A stretch of DNA of 53,446 nt from a virus (Duplodnaviria > Caudoviricetes): positions 1 to 53,446 of the IMG/VR virus record IMGVR_UViG_3300013285_000579; one strand, given 5' to 3'. The position numbers and the translations under genes were made by a program. The notes beneath the pieces are model-generated. The model was not told where the DNA came from. It ran no database searches and worked only from the letters and a program-made list of their open reading frames with translations. This document shows positions 40,508-48,946 of this stretch, piece by piece; position 1 is the stretch's first letter; every line of letters begins with the position of its first letter.

Positions 40508-41194
40508 TTATAGTCTAGTTACATTAACTCTATTAAAGTCAACGGTGTTCTTAATGGTTATGTTTTGTACCATTTGTTCCCAGTGAGCAATCTCATCATG
40601 GGTAATAGTTGATCCTAATTCTTCTACTAAGTAGTCAAGGCTTTCATATGGAGTAGGGTGCAAGTCACCGTGATTAGGTCTATTAGGTTTGTCCCTTATC
40701 TGTAGAAACAAGCTAGGATGAATAGTATCAAGTGTATCTTTATACAGTTCTAATACATCACTCTCGGTATCATATAACGGAATACTGCTTAGAAAGCAAT
40801 AGTCGCATCCTATATGTTCTAAAACTGTTTTAACTGCATCAATGTAAGCTAGATCACGTATTAGATTACCTCTAGTCTCGGTTCCATACTTCTGCATCCA
40901 TTCCGTGCCGTACATTGTCTGACGATAATCAGTAGCTGCGGTCGACCATTGCCCGTCAACGTATCTATCCTCTCTGAGTTCCCCTGTCCACATGACAACC
41001 ACTAAGTCTCCAACACATACGTTTTTTCGCTTTATACACTCAATCACACTATTGAAGATATAATGGTTACCTGCACCCTTTAATCCCCAATTCTCGTGGT
41101 AATTACTTTTTAGTGCTAGAATGTCTGCATACGTGGGCCAGTAATACTTTGTAAAGGAATCACCGAACGCAAAAAAGCGTTTGTATTTCTTCAT
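40508..41194 (-). CDS. SGNH/GDSL-like protein
   Basis: 'FAFGDSFT', 'G..GAGN', 'DLHP'. Confidence 0.6.
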   Translation of the reverse strand: MKKYKRFFAFGDSFTKYYWPTYADILALKSNYHENWGLKGAGNHYIFNSVIECIKRKNVCVGDLVVVMWTGELREDRYVDGQWSTAATDYRQTMYGTEWMQKYGTETRGNLIRDLAYIDAVKTVLEHIGCDYCFLSSIPLYDTESDVLELYKDTLDTIHPSLFLQIRDKPNRPNHGDLHPTPYESLDYLVEELGSTITHDEIAHWEQMVQNITIKNTVDFNRVNVTRL

Positions 41195-41205
41195 ATCTAT
41201 ATTAT

Positions 41206-41937
41206 TTACACGCATATATTCTCTGCAATACATTCTGCTACTAGTTTAGCAGTCATTCTACCCGGATGAATCAAGTCCCGTGCATTATCTATCTGCCGAA
41301 TTAAATCGCACCCTAACTGTGCTCCGGTATCCTCAAACATACTACAGCTATAGTACTTTGTATCACGCCAAAGATTCTTTGCGCATTCTGTATCTAAGTA
41401 TGCATGTATTATAGGATTTGAGTCTATTCTACTATAAGTTTCCATATGGCTGTTCTTATCCATATTCCACGCACCTAAATGCTCTACTGAGTTGTTCTGA
41501 TAGTATATACATCGTAGATAGTGTGTCCAAATGTTAACAACTGCTAACGGCATGCCTTGCGCACGTAATATGACATTATTATGTAATGCTGCTCTAATAG
41601 ATGATCCAGGGCATCCTAGATTAATCACTGGCTTATTGATTAGTTTACTTAGTTGCTCACTGATAGTATTTTCAGTGTGTAATCCTAATCCAAACACATT
41701 ACTGCATCCTAGTAATACAACACACTGGTTCCAGTCTATTGTATCAAACTCTGAGGTACGATAATCGGATTTATTCAGAACATACTCTATTTCGCTATCT
41801 CTATAGTACCAGTCGGCCGGCATTACTTTAAGTGATTGCTTATAGACTATATGTGTATCTGATCCTACATAATTCTTAGATGTATGGGTATACTGAGGTA
41901 GAAACATGTGTTTCTTAATATTGTCTAATAAAATCAT
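41206..41937 (-). CDS. SGNH/GDSL-like protein
   Basis: 'LGCSNVFG.G', 'NLG.PGSS', 'ARDLIHPG'. Confidence 0.6.
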   Translation of the reverse strand: MILLDNIKKHMFLPQYTHTSKNYVGSDTHIVYKQSLKVMPADWYYRDSEIEYVLNKSDYRTSEFDTIDWNQCVVLLGCSNVFGLGLHTENTISEQLSKLINKPVINLGCPGSSIRAALHNNVILRAQGMPLAVVNIWTHYLRCIYYQNNSVEHLGAWNMDKNSHMETYSRIDSNPIIHAYLDTECAKNLWRDTKYYSCSMFEDTGAQLGCDLIRQIDNARDLIHPGRMTAKLVAECIAENICV

Positions 41938-42680
41938 AATCTATTACACAGTCCTAATTTGTCTATGAATTCATTTATTAATGTCTTATCTACTATGTCC
42001 CGGTGAACCCCTAAAACTTTGATATGGTCCGGACAATTATCTATGTTGATAATATCTTCTTTCCACCATGACTTATGCCATTTAATGGTATCGGTCACGG
42101 GAAGCTCGTCCCCTAGCAGATATGAATATAATACAAATTCGCTGTTCAATATATCTTGTTGATCATTAAACCAACGAACTAGTCCGTTATAGTTAGTAGT
42201 ACGCATAATAACCCTATTACTAATTACGAATGGAGTGCCCATATTCAAACATCTAGTTAATGGCGGCAGATTTAATTTCTCACTATATCTGAAAGATGCG
42301 GCAATAAAGTCTTCTTTATCATGCAAGTTACGGATAGTACCATCACCGTATCTACCTTCCCATTCAGATAATTGGCAGGGCTTAATAAAAAAGTTCTTGC
42401 TATCTAATATCAGATAATCATCATCAATGTGCTCCCCTACTATTAATTTGAACGTTTGTTGTGTATGCCAGCCTGAGCCTTCATATTCAGTAAATCTTAA
42501 TAGTATTAGTTTATGGGTTACATAATAGCTAGCTAATAGCTTGCGCCATTGAACTAAGTCAGGGTTAATCTCATTAACAATTACATAATGAGTACACGGT
42601 GATAGAAATTTATGAATACTCTCGGCCTGCAATATCATTGCCTGCTGATCCATTACACAGGTCACAGTTACTAATTTCAT
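41934..42680 (-). CDS. DUF6492-like / GT-A-like nucleotide-sugar transferase
   Basis: 'GW..QQ.FKL', 'YLILDSKNFFIKP', 'SEF.LY'. Confidence 0.5.
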   Translation of the reverse strand: MKLVTVTCVMDQQAMILQAESIHKFLSPCTHYVIVNEINPDLVQWRKLLASYYVTHKLILLRFTEYEGSGWHTQQTFKLIVGEHIDDDYLILDSKNFFIKPCQLSEWEGRYGDGTIRNLHDKEDFIAASFRYSEKLNLPPLTRCLNMGTPFVISNRVIMRTTNYNGLVRWFNDQQDILNSEFVLYSYLLGDELPVTDTIKWHKSWWKEDIINIDNCPDHIKVLGVHRDIVDKTLINEFIDKLGLCNRL

Positions 42681-43771
42681 TTGATAATACTCAGTATACG
42701 ATTTGCAATTAATGTATGAGCTTCTGGCCCGGGATGACCATCACTACAGTTTTGGGTATGACGTTTATAAGTATCTATTCCGCTATCATGTAATATATCT
42801 TTGATATAACTAGGGCGGTACATCTCTAATGGTCTTGCATACCCGGCAAAGTTAATATAATTGATTCCTAGACTGGTTAAAAACAATAGGGCGTGTTGAA
42901 TATGATACCAGGTTCTTACGGTTAAATCACTCTCAGAGTGGGCCAGCGCCCAATTCTTAGTTAATTCAGTATCTTGCCATGCGCCGATACTTTCCATCTT
43001 ATTCTTATTAAATAATAGGTCCCTATTACACGGTGCCCACATTAGTAATGCAGTATCACCCTCAATAAAGTTATATGTTAAAATGTTATGTAATATCTCT
43101 AGATTACTAGCACCCGGGGTAGCTATATTATCTACGTCACAGTTTAATAAACTGGCAAGAACATACGGGTACGCTTGCTTTGGATCAGTTAACCCTTGCC
43201 CTGCTGTCATGCTTGCTCCGAATGATACTATTCGTTTTATATTGCTCATTCTTTTAGTTATATGTTTACTGGCATAATAGTTCCCAATTGGCGACATATG
43301 ATTAATATCTCCGGGATGTTCTTTCCACAATAAATTAAGTGAATCAATTGTATCTGATTCAAAGAATGTAATATGGGTACTATTCTTCACTGTTTTTAAG
43401 TCTTCTACTAACAGATTGTAGTTATCCTTGAAGTAACTATCGTCCCATATAGTTTCCAATATGTTAATAAATGTTGTTTCATCATTACTGTATACATTAT
43501 TAAACAATAGATCGCATTTAGGGTGAGTTTCTAACTGTCTGGATATGGATTCAGCGTCATCTTTTAAGAATACTCGGCTGATACTAGTATGGCAGAATAT
43601 AACTCTGTCGGTACTATTAATCAAATGCTTATTATCTTGGTAGGTACGCCATATCCTATACTCACTAGAGCCATTAAAGCATTTGGTAGTTACCTGACCG
43701 TCTAATTGATTGGTCCAACCATTAGTATCGGCGCTAGCACTAAAACTGTCACCGAATATCCATATTTTCAT
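42677..43771 (-). CDS. Tandem double SGNH-like protein
   Basis: 'IFGDSF...NHMS..GN' followed by 'SFGASMT.G...DGHPG..AH'. Confidence 0.6.
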   Translation of the reverse strand: MKIWIFGDSFSASADTNGWTNQLDGQVTTKCFNGSSEYRIWRTYQDNKHLINSTDRVIFCHTSISRVFLKDDAESISRQLETHPKCDLLFNNVYSNDETTFINILETIWDDSYFKDNYNLLVEDLKTVKNSTHITFFESDTIDSLNLLWKEHPGDINHMSPIGNYYASKHITKRMSNIKRIVSFGASMTAGQGLTDPKQAYPYVLASLLNCDVDNIATPGASNLEILHNILTYNFIEGDTALLMWAPCNRDLLFNKNKMESIGAWQDTELTKNWALAHSESDLTVRTWYHIQHALLFLTSLGINYINFAGYARPLEMYRPSYIKDILHDSGIDTYKRHTQNCSDGHPGPEAHTLIANRILSIIK

Positions 43772-45290
43772 ATTTCTCCCTTAGCCATTCATAGTCGTTG
43801 ATTAATTTCAGTTTCTCACTGTCATCTTTGTTCTTTTCACCGTATAATTTACCCATCAATGCACCGTTAATCGCTTCGCGCCCGTAATGTTCTTCCATTC
43901 CAACACTGCACCATATATACAATCTCTCTAGTGTAACTTCAGATTCTTGACGGTCTATTACTTGACTAGACAACTTCACACACTCACGAAACGCAGTACG
44001 CCACGTGCTGAATGCATCCGTATTGAACTTATGTATGTTAGCGACAATGTTCACGGGTTTGTATAATGGGCTGATACTTGTGGTCATATCTACGTTGCCT
44101 TTACGCATACGCATAGTAGCTAGACGGGGTAATAGCTTGACGCCACCATGACCGTATACTAACTTATTGATAGGGTTGATAGCACGAAAGACTCTTACAG
44201 TAGGTTGCTCATAAAATGGGATATCATGTGTGAAGTTGAACTCAGGATTGATAACTGCATCCCCGTCTACTGCCCAGAAGTAATCAGTCTGTGCCATCTT
44301 AGCAGCTATAATGTGTGCATTATGTATACCCTGTGCCCCATTTAATACTTGTACACGTGGGAACCGTTCTCTTATTTTAGCTAGATTGTCTTCAGCTTCG
44401 GGTTCATTGTTGTGTATGAATAGAATAGAGTACTCAGGATTGTGATTGATAGGGCTACGTACCGGGTTATTGATCCGTGCACGGTACTCACCACTGTTCC
44501 AACCCATAATCATGTTAGTGATGTTATTATCGTTAGTAGCTTCTTTGATAAGAACACCCAATACGTTAACTTCAACTGATACAGTACCGGACATAGTCTC
44601 TTGTACGGACTCATACAATTTGTTCAAAAACGCAAAGTTCTTGACGTTATGGGTGCCGTCCCAGTGATTAACTTTCAGCATGTAATACGCTAGCCGTGCA
44701 CCGTATATACAGTGTACACCATTCTCTACATCTTCTCCGATATGCATCCATCGCCATAGTCTATCGTAGTTTCTCCAGTCTATGTTCTCATCCCTACTTA
44801 ACTTGATAATCTCACGAAACCCAGCGCGCCATGCTTGTAGGGGACTACCGTTGATACGTAAGTCGCTGCTGACGTTGTTTAGCTCTATATACTTGTTTAA
44901 CACAAAGTCAATGCTATCCTCACTACCGTTCTCATGTGTACGCATATCTATTATATGCTTGACTGGCCAGCACTTGATGCCCCCGTTACCATAGCTAGTA
45001 CCGTTCACTATATTGTATCCACTATAACTGATAACGTCCTCATCCGTATACTCTATGTCAATATCAGTAGTGTAGAAGTTATCTCTTACCCAATTGTCAC
45101 CGTCTACTATGACTACTCTGTCAGTTAGTGCAAGTCTTGCACATTCTTTGTGTGCAGTGTCACTACCCTCAATGCCATGTACTCTAAGAGCATTCGGGTT
45201 AAGGGTCAGCAAGTGTTGATAGTTTTCTTCACAGTTGGGTTCGTCATAGCTTAAGAACACAGTGGTATAGTCTGAGGGATTAAATCGCAT
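43749..45290 (-). CDS. Tandem double GT-A-like (DxD) protein
   Basis: Two copies of 'EP...N...G..G...AH...VDGD...YG.GG.K..P...WR..FRE..KL'. Confidence 0.6.
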   Translation of the reverse strand: MRFNPSDYTTVFLSYDEPNCEENYQHLLTLNPNALRVHGIEGSDTAHKECARLALTDRVVIVDGDNWVRDNFYTTDIDIEYTDEDVISYSGYNIVNGTSYGNGGIKCWPVKHIIDMRTHENGSEDSIDFVLNKYIELNNVSSDLRINGSPLQAWRAGFREIIKLSRDENIDWRNYDRLWRWMHIGEDVENGVHCIYGARLAYYMLKVNHWDGTHNVKNFAFLNKLYESVQETMSGTVSVEVNVLGVLIKEATNDNNITNMIMGWNSGEYRARINNPVRSPINHNPEYSILFIHNNEPEAEDNLAKIRERFPRVQVLNGAQGIHNAHIIAAKMAQTDYFWAVDGDAVINPEFNFTHDIPFYEQPTVRVFRAINPINKLVYGHGGVKLLPRLATMRMRKGNVDMTTSISPLYKPVNIVANIHKFNTDAFSTWRTAFRECVKLSSQVIDRQESEVTLERLYIWCSVGMEEHYGREAINGALMGKLYGEKNKDDSEKLKLINDYEWLREKYENMDIR

Positions 45291-45389
45291 AAGCATATTT
45301 ATAGCCCCAGTAATACGGGATAAGATTTAATAGATCCTAGTGTCAGAGATAAATATAGAATATTGATTTCTCACTAAAGGACTAACCCC

Positions 45390-45980
45390 ATGACCCACTA
45401 TACTCTACTCCAATTCCCGATTCCGGGCAAGCACGAAGCCCTATATAGGGCCCTACATGATAAGCTGGAGAACTTCGTTGACTCCCTTACTCTACTAGGT
45501 GCCGGTCTACATTCGATTGCAGATGTCGCTGCGGCCTATGAAGCAGATAAAACTTCAGACCATAAGATTATTGCCATAAAGGTTAACCCATTCAAGCGCG
45601 TACTTATGCTATGGCAATATGTTGTAATTGGCGGTACCCCATATGGTTACGGAAACGTTGACTACTCAGAATACAAAGACTTCAACGACTTTGTTGCATA
45701 TTACTTTTCGGATAAAGTTCCGGCAATCGAGGGTGCTCATATAAACATGAGTTCATTTTATTTCACTGAGACATTAAAGCCTGACTACTTACTAGATTTT
45801 GATACTTTTCCGAACGACATTAGAACCATTCCGGAGTTTGCATCCGATCAGGATACTGACTTCTTCCACGACCAGTATCAGGCTACATTGAATTACCGAA
45901 CCTTTTTCAACACAGCCAGCCAAGCAACAGTTGAAGCAGCATACGCAGCCGACATTGCCAAGTTCGGCTACACTTTCTAA
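45390..45980 (+). CDS. Degenerate Sulfotransfer_2-like protein
   Basis: 'KVNPFKR' in place of RNP..R; typical C-terminus 'YR.FF......V...YA.DI..FGYTF'. Confidence 0.5.
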   Translation: MTHYTLLQFPIPGKHEALYRALHDKLENFVDSLTLLGAGLHSIADVAAAYEADKTSDHKIIAIKVNPFKRVLMLWQYVVIGGTPYGYGNVDYSEYKDFNDFVAYYFSDKVPAIEGAHINMSSFYFTETLKPDYLLDFDTFPNDIRTIPEFASDQDTDFFHDQYQATLNYRTFFNTASQATVEAAYAADIAKFGYTF

Positions 45981-45989
45981 ACAAAAGGC

Positions 45990-46018
45990 TTGACACTAAA
46001 TCCGTAACGTGATATACT
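45990..46018 (+). promoter_or_regulatory. Sigma70 promoter TTGACA-17-TATACT (extended -10)
   Basis: Near-consensus; intergenic. Confidence 0.75.
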
Positions 46019-46088
46019 TCATGCATGAATTGAGAAATTGATTCAATAAAGAATTTTTGTGTTATGGGTAAGCTGTTGAAAATTGTGG

Positions 46089-46117
46089 TTGACAACAATA
46101 TGATATGGTGCTATAAT
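46089..46117 (+). promoter_or_regulatory. Perfect sigma70 promoter TTGACA-17-TATAAT (extended -10)
   Basis: Exact consensus, about 75 nt upstream of the leader ORF. Confidence 0.85.
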
Positions 46118-46192
46118 ACATACATAAATTGCAAAAGAGCGAAAAAGTAGCCTAATTTGCAATATTTTGAAACCAGGACTAAATAAATTACT

Positions 46193-46369
46193 ATGATGAA
46201 AACTTTCAATCAATCGCTGAAACATACGAGCTTGTGGGCAGTCGCTCCGCAGGGCTCCGTGCTAACAGCCTTTGAGGGGAATTATTCAACAGCGCCGACA
46301 TGTATTCGCGGATCAAATGATCAGGGCAGAATGCAACAGGGGTTCATAGAAGGAGATGGTTACGCTTAA
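46193..46369 (+). CDS. Putative leader peptide (58 aa; not in the ORF track)
   Basis: MMKTFNQSLKHTSLWAVAPQGSVLTAFEGNYSTAPTCIRGSNDQGRMQQGFIEGDGYA; follows promoters; its 3' end overlaps an antiterminator. Confidence 0.65.
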   Translation: MMKTFNQSLKHTSLWAVAPQGSVLTAFEGNYSTAPTCIRGSNDQGRMQQGFIEGDGYA

Positions 46370-46401
46370 TGTAACACTCTATAGATTTTATGAAACCCCT
46401 G
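46337..46401 (+). promoter_or_regulatory. Putative antiterminator hairpin
   Basis: CAGGGGTTCATAGAA (46337-46351) pairs with TTTTATGAAACCCCTG (46386-46401); inner GTTACG/TGTAAC stem with the leader stop codon in its loop. Confidence 0.65.
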
Positions 46402-46432
46402 GAAACGAAAGTTCTCAGGGGTTTTTGCTTTT
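46393..46432 (+). terminator. Intrinsic terminator (attenuator)
   Basis: AAACCCCTG...GAAA loop...CAGGGGTTT followed by a T-rich tract. Confidence 0.85.
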
Positions 46433-46471
46433 GTGAATAAGAAAACTGTTGTAAGAATGCAACAAAGGAAT

Positions 46472-46500
46472 TTGACAGTAAATGGATTTTAAGATACAAT
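46472..46500 (+). promoter_or_regulatory. Sigma70-like promoter TTGACA-17-TACAAT
   Basis: Near-consensus, but overlaps the start of a small ORF. Confidence 0.5.
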
Positions 46501-46619
46501 ATAAGAAAGCAGATTGGCTTAAGGAGTATACGTTAACTAAAGAGCAGTTCAAGCAATTGATTGCAAACAAGGTAATGCGAAACAAACCCCAATCTGTGGC
46601 TAGTAAATCACTAGTATGA
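46482..46619 (+). CDS. Small basic hypothetical protein (45 aa; not in the ORF track)
   Basis: MDFKIQYKKADWLKEYTLTKEQFKQLIANKVMRNKPQSVASKSLV; SD-like AAAGGA upstream. Confidence 0.45.
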   Translation: MDFKIQYKKADWLKEYTLTKEQFKQLIANKVMRNKPQSVASKSLV

Positions 46620-46639
46620 TTCTAGGAAAGTGTAAAAGT

Positions 46640-46930
46640 ATTCAGGGAACGAGGCCCTGGCAGCGCACTATAAACAAGCTGTAAACGGGCGGACAGAATA
46701 CATGAAAGTGTGATAGAACACATTAGTAAGACTTCTGGTTAGGGTATTGACCCTAACATACTCAGTAGAGATACTGGGTATTCTAAAACATATTGCTGAC
46801 GCCTCAGTTGTAAATTCTGCAGGATGAGAAGACAAAATAACGAAGTGTGCAGATGGGTTCGCACAATGCAATATGTTTTAGAATACATTCTGGGATAAAC
46901 ATTCACACAACATTTGTGCCCTAGAGTGTT
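46640..46930 (+). ncRNA. Unclassified multi-hairpin structured RNA(s) at the head of the tRNA array
   Basis: Serial hairpins (CAGGG..CCCTG; GTTAGGG..CCCTAAC; ATACTCAGTA..TACTGGGTAT); perfect 19-bp inverted repeat 46778-46796/46868-46886; no convincing ORF. Confidence 0.5.
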
Positions 46931-46941
46931 AATTAATGTAT

Positions 46942-47016
46942 AATGCCATGTCCGAGCGGCTTAGGTGATAGTCTGCAAAACTTTCTATGGCGGTTCGACT
47001 CCGCCTGGCATTTCCA
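46942..47016 (+). tRNA. trnC: tRNA-Cys(GCA)
   Basis: Loop CTGCAAA; T-arm GGCGG-TTCGACT-CCGCC; U73; CCA. Confidence 0.85.
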
Positions 47017-47023
47017 AATTTAT

Positions 47024-47099
47024 GCAACCTTAGCTCATCTGGTAGAGCACCGCCCTGAAGAGGCGGGTGTGCTTGGTTCAAGTCCAAGAGGTTGTACCA
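47024..47099 (+). tRNA. trnF: tRNA-Phe(GAA)
   Basis: CCGCC-CTGAAGA-GGCGG; full cloverleaf; CCA. Confidence 0.9.
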
Positions 47100-47106
47100 T
47101 GTATAA

Positions 47107-47181
47107 GCCCTTGTATCCTTAATGGTAGAGGTCCTGTTTTGTAAGCAGGGTGCGGAGGTTCGATTCCTTCCTGGGGCACCA
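47107..47181 (+). tRNA. trnT: tRNA-Thr(TGT)
   Basis: CCTGT-TTTGTAA-GCAGG; CCA. Confidence 0.9.
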
Positions 47182-47191
47182 AAGTTTTTAT

Positions 47192-47265
47192 TGGGGTATA
47201 GTGTAATGATAGCACAACAGATTTTGATTCTGTTGGCCTAGGTTTGATTCCTAGTACCCCTACCA
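47192..47265 (+). tRNA. trnQ: tRNA-Gln(TTG)
   Basis: ACAGA-TTTTGAT-TCTGT; T-loop TTTGATT variant; CCA. Confidence 0.85.
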
Positions 47266-47280
47266 ATATAAGGAGTTAGT

Positions 47281-47748
47281 ATGCCGTGGATTGAAAACGT
47301 AGCAAAAGTTGATATTACAACCGGCTTCCATCACGATGCTGGCGAAAACAGTATGCTGATCGGTATCAATGATCCTGCAGGCTGGCCACCAACTGCCAAG
47401 CATCAATTCAAAGAGCGTCACAACTTTGAGTTCCTTGATATCGAACTAAACGACTTTGCGCTTGATGAAGAAATGCGATGCAGCCAAGAGCAAGCTAATG
47501 AGTTGGTCCGACTTCTGCAACATGCATTAGAGAACAGGATGAACGTAGTTGTTCATTGTCACATGGGTGTATGTCGTAGCGGTGCAGTCACTGAACTTGG
47601 TGTTATGATGGGCTTTGACGATGTAGGTCGTTGGCGCAGTCCTAACTTGCTAGTTAAGCATCGTATGATGTCTGCATTGGGCTGGGCATATGATGAGAAT
47701 GAAAAGCCAAATATTGACGATTGGCGCACTATGACGAATGATATCTGA
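47281..47748 (+). CDS. Cys-based (PTP/dual-specificity) phosphatase-like protein
   Basis: HCX5R motif 'VHCHMGVCRSG'; SD AAGGAG. Confidence 0.8.
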   Translation: MPWIENVAKVDITTGFHHDAGENSMLIGINDPAGWPPTAKHQFKERHNFEFLDIELNDFALDEEMRCSQEQANELVRLLQHALENRMNVVVHCHMGVCRSGAVTELGVMMGFDDVGRWRSPNLLVKHRMMSALGWAYDENEKPNIDDWRTMTNDI

Positions 47749-47749
47749 T

Positions 47750-48946
47750 ATGGGTAAAAATATTTTAATAGTCGGCGGCGGCAGTGCTGGATGGATGACA
47801 GCAAGCTATCTAGCAGTACAAACGGATGCTAACATCACCTTAGTAGAAAGTCCTAATATTCCTATAATAGGAGTAGGGGAAAGTACAATACCTAGTATCA
47901 ATGACTTCATGGATGCAGTAGGCATTTCAGAACAAGACTTGGTAGAGAATTGCAACGCCATTAGAAAATATACGATACAGCATAACAATTGGAATGGAAC
48001 CAATGATACTTGGTGGCATCATTTTTGTTTCGATGAGAGTGAACATGATGAGCAGATTGAATGGATGCGTACACTGTCACTCCCTGATAAAAAATGGAGG
48101 CATGCTTATCACTTAGACGCCACTAAGCTAGGATTGTTACTGCGCGATAAGTCAGCTATTCCGGGTGGAGTAACGCATATTCTAGATGATATTCAAGAAG
48201 TGCAATTTGACGATGCAGGAGTAACCGCAGTTGTTGGTAAGAATGGAATATATACGGCAGATTTATATATAGACTGTACTGGATTCAAGGGCTTACTGAG
48301 AAAAACTCTAGGTGTAAACACTCATCAGCATCCGGGACTAGTTAATAACTATGCACTAGCAGGGCCCGGTGACTTCATGGAGCCGCAAGTTAATTACACT
48401 CAAACTTACGCAATGGATTGCGGCTGGCGATGGAGAGTATGTATCCAAAATCGTACAGGAAATGGATATGCGTTCAACAAAGATTTAATTAGTGTGGACC
48501 AAGCTCGTACTGAGTTCATTGCTAAGACACCGGGATTACGAATAGATAAAATATTCGAAGTCCCGATGTTCAATAGTTTTAATCCAGAACCCTGGAAACA
48601 AAACGTAGTAGCATTGGGATTGAGTTGTGGGTTCTTGGAACCGCTTGAAGCAACTGGCTTATTTTTGATTCACGCACCGCTAAAGTTATTAGCGAGATTA
48701 TTGAACGATGACAAAGCTACAGCAAAGTACAATCGGGTATGGACTCGTATGTATAATCACATTGCAGATTTCTTGAGTATGCATTTTACTACTAGTAAAT
48801 TAACCCATACTGAGTATTGGAGAAGCATTCCTAAAATTGATAAAGTAACTCTACCGGAGTATGGTCAAATACTATTCGATCAATACAGCTATAGAAATCT
48901 AGCTAAAGGTCGTAATATGGAAATAAAGGTTGACAACAATCCTTAA
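47750..48946 (+). CDS. Tryptophan-halogenase-family flavin-dependent enzyme
   Basis: 'IVGGGSAGW', 'IGVGEST', 'YIDCTGF', 'GWRWRV', 'GFLEPLEATG'. Confidence 0.85.
   Translation: MGKNILIVGGGSAGWMTASYLAVQTDANITLVESPNIPIIGVGESTIPSINDFMDAVGISEQDLVENCNAIRKYTIQHNNWNGTNDTWWHHFCFDESEHDEQIEWMRTLSLPDKKWRHAYHLDATKLGLLLRDKSAIPGGVTHILDDIQEVQFDDAGVTAVVGKNGIYTADLYIDCTGFKGLLRKTLGVNTHQHPGLVNNYALAGPGDFMEPQVNYTQTYAMDCGWRWRVCIQNRTGNGYAFNKDLISVDQARTEFIAKTPGLRIDKIFEVPMFNSFNPEPWKQNVVALGLSCGFLEPLEATGLFLIHAPLKLLARLLNDDKATAKYNRVWTRMYNHIADFLSMHFTTSKLTHTEYWRSIPKIDKVTLPEYGQILFDQYSYRNLAKGRNMEIKVDNNP

Noticed and set aside
46790-46870. Hammerhead ribozyme (CTGACG / GATGAG / GAA)
   Set aside because: No intact CUGANGA plus GAAA core with three consistent stems
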